The position numbers and the translations under genes are program-made. A model generated the notes under the pieces. That model had not been told where the DNA came from. It did not search any database and saw only the letters and a list, made by a program, of their open reading frames with translations. Below are positions 1-8,672 of a stretch of DNA of 64,000 bases, piece by piece. The stretch covers positions 1-64,000 of the forward strand of contig JBBSXB010000001.1 in the NCBI GenBank assembly GCA_038046005.1, read 5' to 3'. The DNA comes from Nanobdellota archaeon (lineage in GTDB: Archaea; Nanobdellota; Nanobdellia; Pacearchaeales; GW2011-AR1). How positions within the stretch are numbered: the stretch's first letter is position 1; every line of letters starts with the position of its first letter.

Positions 1-103
1 GACCATCTTGACTGGTGCAAGGCTTTAAGCCGCTTAGTCGAATGTTAACACGTTCGGTCTGATTAATTTCAGCGAACGACAGAAGGTGGCCTATTCCCAA
101 CTT
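1..103 (+). ncRNA. rnpB: RNase P RNA, 3' part (truncated by window start)
   Basis: Conserved blocks in the expected order: GGTGCAAG, CGCTTAGTCGAATG, P19-like hairpin CGTTCG..CGAACG, and ACAGAAGGTGGCCTAT (CR-V/P4). Confidence 0.85.
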
Positions 104-145
104 ACGCTTTGTTTTTTTAGTAAAGATTATAAAGAATAATATTCT

Positions 146-457
146 ATGAAAAATATGGGTTGGAAAGATTTGTCTTATTGGTTAAGGGGAGGTATATTAT
201 CCGGAGCAATAATCCCTCCAATTCTCACATTAATCTACACGGCTCTTGCTCTTGATGGAGGAGATTATTTTATTGGAGTCATTGTTTATTATGTTGCATT
301 TTTTCCAATTATTGATTATTTATTTTCCCCCAATCCTCTGATAGTATTTCTTTCTTTAGTCGTAATCTATTTTATAATTGGTTCCTTAGTCGGAAAATTA
401 ATTTATTTGTTTTTTAAAAGAAATACAAACCATAATAATTCTGGGCTTGTTCCATAA
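146..457 (+). CDS. Small multi-pass membrane protein, hypothetical
   Basis: 103 aa, about three hydrophobic segments, TATA-like element upstream. Confidence 0.65.
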   Translation: MKNMGWKDLSYWLRGGILSGAIIPPILTLIYTALALDGGDYFIGVIVYYVAFFPIIDYLFSPNPLIVFLSLVVIYFIIGSLVGKLIYLFFKRNTNHNNSGLVP

Positions 458-488
458 TATTAATAAACTAGCATTTTGTTTAATCCAT

Positions 489-682
489 ATGAATAAAACC
501 ATTTGGATGATATTCTGGTTTCTTGTTGGGGGGGTTTGTTTTATATTCTTGGAAGAGTCTTTTTTGGTTGTATTGGCGACTTCTGGCTTTGTGATAAAAG
601 TAATCTATCCATACTAAGTTTCAGTATTGGGGCAATTTTATTTGGGCTTATTAGTTATTTAATTCAAAGAAAGAGTAAATAA
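489..682 (+). pseudogene. Small membrane protein interrupted by a frameshift at a G7 run
   Basis: MNKTIWMIFWFLVGG continues as LFYILGRVFFGCIGDFWLCDKSNLSILSFSIGAILFGLISYLIQRKSK if one G is added at 528-534. Confidence 0.5.
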
Positions 683-740
683 TTTTTCTTTCGGCTGAGC
701 TACATCAACAAGTTTAAAAGTATTATAAAACATATTTTTT

Positions 741-812
741 GGGGATGTAGCTCAGCGGGAGAGCACACGACTGAAGCTCGTGGTGTCGGGGGTTCGACTC
801 CCCCCATTCCCA
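741..812 (+). tRNA. tRNA-Phe(GAA)
   Basis: Cloverleaf GGGGATG/CATTCCC-A; anticodon arm CACGA-CTGAAGC-TCGTG; TTCGA T-loop; CCA not encoded. Confidence 0.95.
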
Positions 813-910
813 TGGAAATTAATTAACAAATAAAGATTTAATAAAAGATAATCTTTTCTGGAACCAATAGTAACAGATAATTATATAAAGTGTTTTTTGA
901 AAGCTAACTT

Positions 911-1303
911 ATGACGTGGACATATGAAGAATACGCAGGGTATCCATATTTAGCAGATTTTTTTGAGAAAAAATTCAAATTTGGGATTGAATTTATGGAA
1001 GATATTGTTAGTATGGATATAAAAGAGGGAAATGAGGGAACTTTATTAGACATAAAGACAAATGGAGTATTAAGACCTGTCTTTTATATGAGACTAAGTG
1101 GTGAAAATTCTCCTTTAGTTTACAATTTGAGATTTGAACTTAAACAGGGTTTGGTAAAGGAAATTTGGAAAGAAGTAGAAGTTACAGATCTTCCAAATTA
1201 TCGAGGTTTTAAGAGGTCAGTGCCGGAACTAGCAACATATAACGATTACATGTCTATTGCTAAATATGCTGTTAACAGATTTCCCATATTGCTTTGGATT
1301 TAG
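911..1303 (+). CDS. Hypothetical protein (possibly the N-terminal part of a frameshifted gene)
   Basis: 130-aa ORF with upstream TATA; overlaps the next ORF. Confidence 0.55.
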   Translation: MTWTYEEYAGYPYLADFFEKKFKFGIEFMEDIVSMDIKEGNEGTLLDIKTNGVLRPVFYMRLSGENSPLVYNLRFELKQGLVKEIWKEVEVTDLPNYRGFKRSVPELATYNDYMSIAKYAVNRFPILLWI

Positions 1304-1527
1304 GATCTTCTTTAGATCATAGAGAAGACATACCGGATGATGTAACACTCAATAGTGTAAATTCAAGAAATTTTGATTGGAAAGAGAAACAGAAAGAAGT
1401 TTCTAATCAGTTTAAGCAGACATTTGGTTATTATATTCTAAGCGGAAAAAATACTTATGGAGATAAAATTACAAATTTTTCACCCCAAGAAATAAAAGAC
1501 CTTTGGACTATATTCAAACCAACATAA
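1294..1527 (+). CDS. Hypothetical protein (possibly the C-terminal part of the same gene)
   Basis: TTG start; frame open from 1276. Confidence 0.4.
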   Translation: MDLGSSLDHREDIPDDVTLNSVNSRNFDWKEKQKEVSNQFKQTFGYYILSGKNTYGDKITNFSPQEIKDLWTIFKPT

Positions 1528-1569
1528 CTCTTTCAAAACCTTTATAAATAAAAAAGACATCCATATTTC

Positions 1570-1842
1570 ATGCCAGAAAAAAAAGAGGATTTTTCCAATG
1601 TCAGCTATGTGCTTGGGATTGTCAGTATAGTTTTTGCTTTCCTTTCTCCGATTGCTGGTTTGATCTTAGGAATAATTGGGACCGTGCTTTCTAAGAAACA
1701 GAAAACAGAATTGTCAAGAAAAGGAAGCAAACTGAGCAAGATAGCAATTGTGATAAGCATAATAGTTATAATCATAGCTATTGTTGCTTCTTTGTTGCTT
1801 AGCAAGAATAGCGGTGTTTTAGGAAACTTCCCTCTACAATAA
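1570..1842 (+). CDS. Small membrane protein, DUF4190-like
   Basis: YVLGIVSIV..GLILGIIG..basic loop..TM pattern. Confidence 0.65.
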   Translation: MPEKKEDFSNVSYVLGIVSIVFAFLSPIAGLILGIIGTVLSKKQKTELSRKGSKLSKIAIVISIIVIIIAIVASLLLSKNSGVLGNFPLQ

Positions 1843-1843
1843 G

Positions 1844-2392
1844 ATGAAATCAAAAAGCGGTGCAATGGAAATGAGTGTTGGAACGCTTGTCACAATAGTT
1901 TTACTGATGGCCGTTTTAATTCTTGGAATTTTTTTAGTGAGGAAAATATTTGTTGGTAGTAGCGACGCAATTGACAGCGTGAATAATCAGCTAAATGACC
2001 AAATTAACAAGCTATTCACAGAAGACAACGCTAAAAAACTGGTGGTGCTCCCAGACTCAAGGAGCATATCGCTTAAAAAAGGAGATGACCCGAAAGGATT
2101 TGCGTTTTCTGTGAGAAACAGTGATGTTGAACAGGCAGAATTTACTTATGACGTTACAGCTGACGATGTTTCAAAGTGTGGGAGTAGTTTTACACAAGTT
2201 AAAGCAGACAACTATCTTTTAGGCGGAACTGGAAAGTTTAACCTTGGACCAGGAAACTCGCTAGATCAAGCAAGACTTGTAAAGTTCCAAATTCCAGACA
2301 CAGCACCGCCTTGCACAATTATATACGATTTAGAAGTCAAGAAAGATGGTGTTTCTTATTCTGGAGCAAACGTTTTTGTTACGATAAAATAA
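1844..2392 (+). CDS. Class III signal peptide (pilin-like) protein
   Basis: MKSKSG/AMEMS followed by a hydrophobic helix and a beta-rich domain. Confidence 0.7.
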   Translation: MKSKSGAMEMSVGTLVTIVLLMAVLILGIFLVRKIFVGSSDAIDSVNNQLNDQINKLFTEDNAKKLVVLPDSRSISLKKGDDPKGFAFSVRNSDVEQAEFTYDVTADDVSKCGSSFTQVKADNYLLGGTGKFNLGPGNSLDQARLVKFQIPDTAPPCTIIYDLEVKKDGVSYSGANVFVTIK

Positions 2393-2442
2393 ATCCAATT
2401 CTTTAACAAACAGTTTTTAAATTACGCATTCTTTGGAATCTC

Positions 2443-3807
2443 ATGCTTAAACTCTATAATACATTAACAAGAAAAAAAGAAACTTTCAAGCCTTTGAAAG
2501 ACCATGAAGTTGGAATTTATTCTTGCGGGCCGACTGTTTATTGGTATCAGCATATTGGAAATATAAGAGCATATTTATGTTGGGATATATTGAAGAGAGT
2601 TTTGAAATTTAATGGATTTAAAGTAAAACATGTTATTAATGTCACAGATGTTGGGCATCTTACTTCTGATGCTAATGAGGGAGAGGATAAAATGGAGAAT
2701 GCGGCGAAAAGAGAAGGGAAAACAGCAAAAGAAATTTCAGCATATTATTTCAAGATTTTTTTAGATGACTTAAATAAAATTAATTTTTTAATGCCGGATG
2801 TTTGGCCAAAAGCGACAGAGCATATTAGAGAGCAAATTAATTTAATAAAAATTTTAGAAAAAAAAGGTTATGCTTACAAAACTTCCGATGGAATTTATTA
2901 TGACACTTCTAAATTTAAGGATTACAAAAAGCTGGCAAGATTAAGAGTTGAAAAATTAAAAGCGGGAAAAAGAATTTCAATTGGAGAAAAGAAAAACAAA
3001 ACAGATTTTGCATTGTGGAAGTTTTCAGAAACGCCTGGACTAAGACAGCAAGAGTGGGAGAGCCCTTGGGGCCTTGGATATCCTGGATGGCACATTGAAT
3101 GTTCAGCCATGTCTTCAAAATATCTAGGAGAACAGTTTGATATTCATACAGGCGGGCAGGATCACATTCCAGTACACCACACAAATGAAATTGCGCAAAG
3201 TGAGGCAGTGTTTGGAAAAAAACCCTGGGTTAGATATTGGCTCCACAATGCCTGGCTTTTATTTGGTGGAGAAAAAATGGCAAAAAGTCAAGGAGATATG
3301 TACACAATTTCTGTTTTGGAAGGGATAGGTTACTCTCCAATGGACTTTAGATATTTATGTTTGAACACACATTACAGAAAACCTTTAAGTTTCACCCTGA
3401 AAAATCTTGACAAAGCTAAAGAAACTTACAGGAGAATTAAAAATATTATTTTTGATATCAAAGACGATGAAAAAATAAATCAAGAATATTTGAAAAGTTT
3501 CGAAAAGGCAGTTAATAATGATTTGAACATTCCTAATGCTGTGAAAATTTTGTGGAAAATATTAAGAGACCAGAAAGCAGAAGGAAAATTAAGGACGATT
3601 CAAAAAATGGATGAAGTCCTTGGTCTAAGGTTATTTGAGAGAGATAATATTTCTATTCCCGGAGATGTAAAAAAATTAATTGAAGAAAGAGAGAAAGCGA
3701 GGAAAGAAAAAAATTGGAAGATTGCTGATGCATTAAGGGACAGAGTTAAAGATATTGGATTTTTTATTGATGATACTGATGCTGGACCGAGAGTGAGGAA
3801 AGTTTAA
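2443..3807 (+). CDS. cysS: Cysteinyl-tRNA synthetase
   Basis: CGPTVY, HIGN, GYPGWHIECSAM, HTGG, KMAKS motifs. Confidence 0.98.
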   Translation: MLKLYNTLTRKKETFKPLKDHEVGIYSCGPTVYWYQHIGNIRAYLCWDILKRVLKFNGFKVKHVINVTDVGHLTSDANEGEDKMENAAKREGKTAKEISAYYFKIFLDDLNKINFLMPDVWPKATEHIREQINLIKILEKKGYAYKTSDGIYYDTSKFKDYKKLARLRVEKLKAGKRISIGEKKNKTDFALWKFSETPGLRQQEWESPWGLGYPGWHIECSAMSSKYLGEQFDIHTGGQDHIPVHHTNEIAQSEAVFGKKPWVRYWLHNAWLLFGGEKMAKSQGDMYTISVLEGIGYSPMDFRYLCLNTHYRKPLSFTLKNLDKAKETYRRIKNIIFDIKDDEKINQEYLKSFEKAVNNDLNIPNAVKILWKILRDQKAEGKLRTIQKMDEVLGLRLFERDNISIPGDVKKLIEEREKARKEKNWKIADALRDRVKDIGFFIDDTDAGPRVRKV

Positions 3808-3808
3808 G

Positions 3809-4261
3809 ATGATCATAAGAAAAATAAAAAGGACAGAAATTGACGAGGTTTCTAAGATAGTTGGAAAAAATTATAAAAAGATTTATGAAAAACTTTGTAA
3901 AAAAGAATTAGGTTCCATGTTTATAGACAAGGTTTTGCCACCAGAGTATTTAATTGCTGAGGAAAAAGGAAAAATAGTGGGTTTTGCTGGTTACTCACAG
4001 TCATGGATAGATTATAAAATTTATGAAATTTTTTGGGTGAATGTTAATCCTGCTTTTCAAAATAATGGTATTGGCACAATAATAGTAAAAAAAGTAATAG
4101 ATAAAATAAAAAGTAAAAAAGGGAAAACTAAATCTTGTTCAATGATTTTATTAACTACAAAAAATCCTAATTTTTATAAAAAAAGATTTAAATTTAAAAC
4201 CATTGCAAAAGTTAGTAAAAAAAGATATGATCTCATGGCTTTAAATTTGGAGAAAAGATAA
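3809..4261 (+). CDS. GNAT-family acetyltransferase
   Basis: VNPAFQNNGIGT motif A; FYKK-F-F C-terminal motif. Confidence 0.85.
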   Translation: MIIRKIKRTEIDEVSKIVGKNYKKIYEKLCKKELGSMFIDKVLPPEYLIAEEKGKIVGFAGYSQSWIDYKIYEIFWVNVNPAFQNNGIGTIIVKKVIDKIKSKKGKTKSCSMILLTTKNPNFYKKRFKFKTIAKVSKKRYDLMALNLEKR

Positions 4262-4264
4262 AAA

Positions 4265-5665
4265 ATGGCAGTACAATTTGATTATCTAGCAAAAAAAGGA
4301 TGGAAACCAAAAAATCCTGATGAAAATTATGTAATAACTTTAATTAAGATTGAAATAGACGAAAGAGCAATAAAAGAAGCAAAAGGCAAAACCAAAAAAG
4401 ATATTTTTGAAGAGGCTGCTGCAACTGTAGCTGCTGAGAGTTCTACTGGAACATGGACAAAAGTTTATGATGGTGTTGATTCTGGGATTAAACTCGCTGG
4501 AGAAAAAAGAGCATTGGCTTATGATTTAGATTATGAAAGATTCATGTTCAAGATTGCTTATCCAATTGATTTATTCGAATTAAACAACATTTCTGGGCTA
4601 TTTGCAGGAATTATTGGAAATATTGCTGGAATGAAAATGGTTTCAGCAATGAGAGTTTATGATGTTAGACTTCCAAGAAAAATGATAGAGGCTTTTCCTG
4701 GCCCAAAGTTTGGGATTAATGGAATTAGAAAAATACTCAATAACAAAAATAGATTTTTAGCTATAACTGTACCAAAACCTAAAATTGGAAGAACTGATGA
4801 AGAACAGGCCAGACTCGCAAAAATACTTTTCACTTCTGGAGATGGAAGCTATGAGGGAATAAAAGATGATGAAAACTTGACTAATCTAGAGTTTAATAAG
4901 TTTGACAAAAGATGCAAGCTTATTTTAGAAGAAGCGAGAAAAGCTGAGAAAATCACTGGAAAGAAAAAATTTTATCTTTGTAATATAACCCACTCTAATA
5001 TAAATGAAATGACTAGGAGGGCTAAACTAATAAAAGATAATGGTGGAATATTCATGATGATGGATGTTGTTACAACTGGATTTGCTGCTGTTGATACAAT
5101 GAGAAGAGCAGACACTGGATTAGCCATTCACGCTCACAGAGCAATGCATGGATTTATCACAAGAGATAATTCCCCAGGAATTCACGGCAAGGGGAAGCTT
5201 TACGGATTTTCTGTTTCTATGATTTTTTTGGCGAAGATTTTCAGACTTTTAGGAGTTGATACTCTCCATGGAGGTTCGCCTTTGGCAAAGATGGAAGATT
5301 ACGGCGAAGCAAAATATATCAGGGATATTTTACAGGAAAAAAATTTGGAGGTTCATCCTCAAATCCCATCTTTAGGGCAGAACTGGTACAATATAAAACC
5401 TGTTTGGATGGTTGCCTCTGGAGGTTTACATCCTGGAGATGTTGAAAGCGTGCTGAATGAATTAGGAAATGACATAATAATACAATTTGGTGGGGGATTG
5501 CTTGGGCATCCGCAAGGAATTGAAGCTGGGGTGAAAGCTGTGCAGCAAGCCCGTGAAGCTTATTACAAAAAAATTCCTCTTAAAAAATTTGTCGAAAAAA
5601 ATCCTGATTCTGAATTAGCTGCCGCAATAAAATTATGGGGCTATGGCCCTAAAATTGTTTATTAG
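4265..5665 (+). CDS. rbcL: RuBisCO large subunit, form III-type
   Basis: AESSTGTW, GN, PKPK, KDDE, HAHRAMHG, loop-6 AKME, SGGLHP, FGGG-GHP. Confidence 0.93.
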   Translation: MAVQFDYLAKKGWKPKNPDENYVITLIKIEIDERAIKEAKGKTKKDIFEEAAATVAAESSTGTWTKVYDGVDSGIKLAGEKRALAYDLDYERFMFKIAYPIDLFELNNISGLFAGIIGNIAGMKMVSAMRVYDVRLPRKMIEAFPGPKFGINGIRKILNNKNRFLAITVPKPKIGRTDEEQARLAKILFTSGDGSYEGIKDDENLTNLEFNKFDKRCKLILEEARKAEKITGKKKFYLCNITHSNINEMTRRAKLIKDNGGIFMMMDVVTTGFAAVDTMRRADTGLAIHAHRAMHGFITRDNSPGIHGKGKLYGFSVSMIFLAKIFRLLGVDTLHGGSPLAKMEDYGEAKYIRDILQEKNLEVHPQIPSLGQNWYNIKPVWMVASGGLHPGDVESVLNELGNDIIIQFGGGLLGHPQGIEAGVKAVQQAREAYYKKIPLKKFVEKNPDSELAAAIKLWGYGPKIVY

Positions 5666-6077
5666 AATTTTTTCTCTTCTTAGAAACAGGAGTGATAATA
5701 ATTTTTCTCATCTCAGACATCAAAGGTATTTTGTTACAATTAAGGAAAGTAATCTCTTTAGGGGCTAATTTCTCTTTTAAAAGTTGAAACGTCCTTTCTG
5801 CGTCATTAGGCCCCCTACAGCTGTAAACTGAAAAGTAAAGGGCATTATACTCAGGATATGTATGAATTGCAACATGAGACTCTGAAAGCAAAATTAAAGT
5901 TGTGAAACCTTGTGGCTCAAATTGGTATGCCAGAGTTTTTAACACATTGAATTTTTCTTGTTTAAGAATGTCTGCAACAAATTGATTGAGAACATTTTTT
6001 CTTTTCAGGTAAATGCTGTCAACTTCTTTCATAACACAAGATATTTCCTGTCCTATCGGAGGGGATATATGGGTCAT
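5649..6077 (-). CDS. speD: S-adenosylmethionine decarboxylase proenzyme family (class 1B)
   Basis: F-PQG-T..LLSESHVAIHTYPE..YSC. Confidence 0.88.
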   Translation of the reverse strand: MTHISPPIGQEISCVMKEVDSIYLKRKNVLNQFVADILKQEKFNVLKTLAYQFEPQGFTTLILLSESHVAIHTYPEYNALYFSVYSCRGPNDAERTFQLLKEKLAPKEITFLNCNKIPLMSEMRKIIITPVSKKRKNSNKQF

Positions 6078-6484
6078 TTTTTCTTTCTGATATGTCTTAA
6101 ACTGTAATTTAAATCTAAATCTTTTACTTGGAAGAATTTTTTTGCAAAATCCGCAACAACATTAGGGTCGTAAAATTTGCAAGAAAAAACATCTAAGTAA
6201 ACATTGTTGGATTGGTTAGCGAAATGCCCTGAGATCAAAGAAGTTTCAATAAGTTGCGTCATAGAGAATCCAGAAACTCTTGGGTCTTCTCCAAAATCTA
6301 CAACGACACACTCACCAAATCTTTTCATCTCTATAAGCTCGCAAAGTTTCTGGACAAATTCTTTAATTTTTTGAGCATCCCTAATAGTTTTAGGATTACA
6401 TGAGTAAAGATCAATAGAGGTAGACAGTCCCCAAGCCTCGCTCTCTTTATATCGCTTCCCTAGATCATGAACACTTTCTTTCAT
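6074..6484 (-). CDS. speD: Second AdoMetDC-family pyruvoyl proenzyme (divergent)
   Basis: IDLYSC..GFSMTQLIETSLISGHF..LDVFSCK. Confidence 0.8.
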   Translation of the reverse strand: MKESVHDLGKRYKESEAWGLSTSIDLYSCNPKTIRDAQKIKEFVQKLCELIEMKRFGECVVVDFGEDPRVSGFSMTQLIETSLISGHFANQSNNVYLDVFSCKFYDPNVVADFAKKFFQVKDLDLNYSLRHIRKKK

Positions 6485-6564
6485 TTTTTACTTATCTAAA
6501 AAGTATTTTTATTTAAAAAGGTTTCTATAGAAAACAATAAAAAGAAAAGAGAGCTTTAGAAAGT

Positions 6565-6942
6565 ATGAAAGAAGGTAAAAACAAATTCAGGAAATTCACG
6601 ACGAGAAAGAATATTTTGGCTTTGGCTGGAAGAGACGCTGCCAGTAATGAAGAATTAATTTCTCAAGTTGGGAAAGAAGAATTGGTTTTCCATACTGAAG
6701 CACCCGGGAGTCCTTTTGTAAATTTGAAAGGCGAGCCAAAAAAAGGTGACGTCGAAGAAGCCGCAATTTTTTGTGCGAAATATTCTCGAGACTGGAAAAA
6801 AAACAAAAAAGATGTTGTTGTTCACATTTTTAAAGGAAAAGATATTTACAAAGATAAAGGAATGAGTTTAGGAACTTTTGGAGTAAAAAAATTGAAAGTT
6901 ATTAAAGTAAAAAAAGAAGAAATTGAAAAATGGGAACAATAG
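6565..6942 (+). CDS. NFACT-R (DUF814) RNA-binding domain protein
   Basis: AGRDAASNEEL, FHTEAPGSP, AAIFCAKYS. Confidence 0.8.
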   Translation: MKEGKNKFRKFTTRKNILALAGRDAASNEELISQVGKEELVFHTEAPGSPFVNLKGEPKKGDVEEAAIFCAKYSRDWKKNKKDVVVHIFKGKDIYKDKGMSLGTFGVKKLKVIKVKKEEIEKWEQ

Positions 6943-7175
6943 GGCATATTCAACTTGGAAAAAACGGAATAAGTGAAAACTTTATAGGAACTTTAAAGAG
7001 CCATTTTAAGAAACACGAAAATATGAAAATTTCTGTGCTAAAGGGTGCTGGACATGAAAAAAACAAGGTTAAAGGTTTTCGCGAGGAAATTTTAGACAAA
7101 TTGGGAAGAAACTACACTGCCAGAGTTGTTGGGTTCACTATTTTTGTAAAGAAGTGGAGAAAGCCAGTGAGATGA
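6930..7175 (+). CDS. YhbY/CRM-domain RNA-binding protein
   Basis: QLGKNGISE..KHENMKISVL..VVGFT. Confidence 0.8.
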   Translation: MGTIGHIQLGKNGISENFIGTLKSHFKKHENMKISVLKGAGHEKNKVKGFREEILDKLGRNYTARVVGFTIFVKKWRKPVR

Positions 7176-7227
7176 ATGTATTTTGAAGAACAATAATTAT
7201 TAAAAATGGATTCTTTATGGGTTAGCT

Positions 7228-7593
7228 ATGAAAACAAACACCCTGTATGAAGATTCTCAAATAAGAGTAACATATTTGCTTAGCCCCGAAACAGGAAAAG
7301 AAGAAGACATTATTAGTGCAGAAGATCATGAGTTGTGGGTTAAAGAAAGGCGTGGAGAGTGGAATAGGTATATGATTGGTAGAGGAATTTTAAAAGAGTT
7401 GGCGAGAACTTCGAGAGAGGACCGGGGGAGAAAATTAGAAACAATACATCCTGGAATAAGGATAGAATTAGAATTGCTTGGAACTGGGTTAAATATTGAT
7501 TCTCTTGGAGTTGCCATTAGTCAGGCTTATATTGAAGATGAAGAAAGATCTGAGGGGTCTAGGAGAACTGGAGCACCTTTCCAAAGCGATTGA
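7228..7593 (+). CDS. Orphan hypothetical protein
   Basis: 121-aa ORF with its own TATA-like element. Confidence 0.6.
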   Translation: MKTNTLYEDSQIRVTYLLSPETGKEEDIISAEDHELWVKERRGEWNRYMIGRGILKELARTSREDRGRKLETIHPGIRIELELLGTGLNIDSLGVAISQAYIEDEERSEGSRRTGAPFQSD

Positions 7594-7632
7594 TTAATAG
7601 TCGGAATCTTTATAAACCTACAAAACGCTCTT

Positions 7633-7685
7633 TTTTTGACTAAACAGTTTAAAACTGTTCTAACGCTGTAAAGCGATGTCAAAAA
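7633..7685 (+). promoter_or_regulatory. Candidate structured 5' leader (three-way junction) of the rps19e operon
   Basis: TTTTTGAC/GTCAAAAA encloses AACAGTT/AACTGTT and CGCT-GTAA-AGCG hairpins; TTTATAAA at 7609-7616. Confidence 0.5.
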
Positions 7686-7691
7686 CTGAAA

Positions 7692-8126
7692 ATGGAAAAA
7701 TTCAATCCGGTTTATGAAATGAATATTCAAGAATATAATATAAAATTAGCTGAAGCTTTGAAAAAGATTCAGGAATTTAAAGAACCGGAATGGGCTGCAT
7801 TTGTAAAATCTGGGCCTGGAAAGTCTAGACCAATCGAAGATCCTGATTTCTGGCACAAAAGGTCTGCCTCAATATTAAGACAAATTTACAGAAAGGGCAC
7901 TGTTGGTGTAAGCAGATTAAGAACAAGATATGGTAACAAAAAAATAAGAGGTTCAAAGCCAGAAGAGTTTAGAAAGTCTGGAGGAAAAATAATCCGAGTT
8001 ATATTACAACAGGCAGATAAAGCTGGGTTTACAGAAGTCATTAAACCAATTAAAGGAGCAAGAAGTGTCAGGCCTGGGAGAAAATTAACTGATAAAGGAA
8101 AGTCTTTCATGGAGAGTATAAAGTAA
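7692..8126 (+). CDS. rps19e: 30S ribosomal protein eS19
   Basis: PEWAAFVKSG, FWHKRSASILR, GKIIRVILQQ, GRKLT. Confidence 0.96.
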   Translation: MEKFNPVYEMNIQEYNIKLAEALKKIQEFKEPEWAAFVKSGPGKSRPIEDPDFWHKRSASILRQIYRKGTVGVSRLRTRYGNKKIRGSKPEEFRKSGGKIIRVILQQADKAGFTEVIKPIKGARSVRPGRKLTDKGKSFMESIK

Positions 8127-8127
8127 A

Positions 8128-8331
8128 ATGGGAATAAAAAATCCTGAAAAAAAAGCGAAGCTTGCGAAAGAGGGAAGGAGAACTAAGTGGGCTCCTGTTT
8201 GGGCTGTTTTGAAAAAATACGGAATGGGAAAAAGAATACACCCTTCCCAGATGACGCATGTAAAAAGATCATGGAGAAGAACAAAATTGCATATTAAACC
8301 AAGAAAACAGAGGAAGTCACACTTCGGATAA
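8128..8331 (+). CDS. rpl39e: 50S ribosomal protein eL39
   Basis: KLAK..APVW..KRSWRRTKL. Confidence 0.9.
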   Translation: MGIKNPEKKAKLAKEGRRTKWAPVWAVLKKYGMGKRIHPSQMTHVKRSWRRTKLHIKPRKQRKSHFG

Positions 8332-8337
8332 TTAAAA

Positions 8338-8670
8338 ATGGCAATAAGAAGATATGAATTTTATAAAGGAAAAGAGTCTAAAGAAAGACTAGATTCAAAT
8401 GACGTTCTAAAAGTAATCAGAAGTATTCCAGTAGAAGAATTAGAAACATATGGTTTTTCAGTAGAAGAACGAGGTGATAGTTTAAGATTAATTGGAAGGC
8501 ATACTCCGAGAGCGGGAGGTTTTAGCAGTTGTGTTATAGGAGGATTTTCAGATAACGAATTACGTATGTCTACAAATGAAGATTGTGTTACTGTCAGTAG
8601 GTATATCTCTAACTTATCCCAATTATTAAACCATAAAGGATTAAATACGAGCTTAATAGAGAGGATATAA
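8338..8670 (+). CDS. Orphan hypothetical protein inserted between rpl39e and rpl31e
   Basis: 110-aa ORF tightly packed between two r-protein genes. Confidence 0.65.
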   Translation: MAIRRYEFYKGKESKERLDSNDVLKVIRSIPVEELETYGFSVEERGDSLRLIGRHTPRAGGFSSCVIGGFSDNELRMSTNEDCVTVSRYISNLSQLLNHKGLNTSLIERI

Positions 8671-8672
8671 AC

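Noticed and set aside
4265-6484. RuBisCO-speD operon for methylthioadenosine salvage (RLP-like role)
   Set aside because: The genes are convergent and the RuBisCO keeps the full carboxylase residue set
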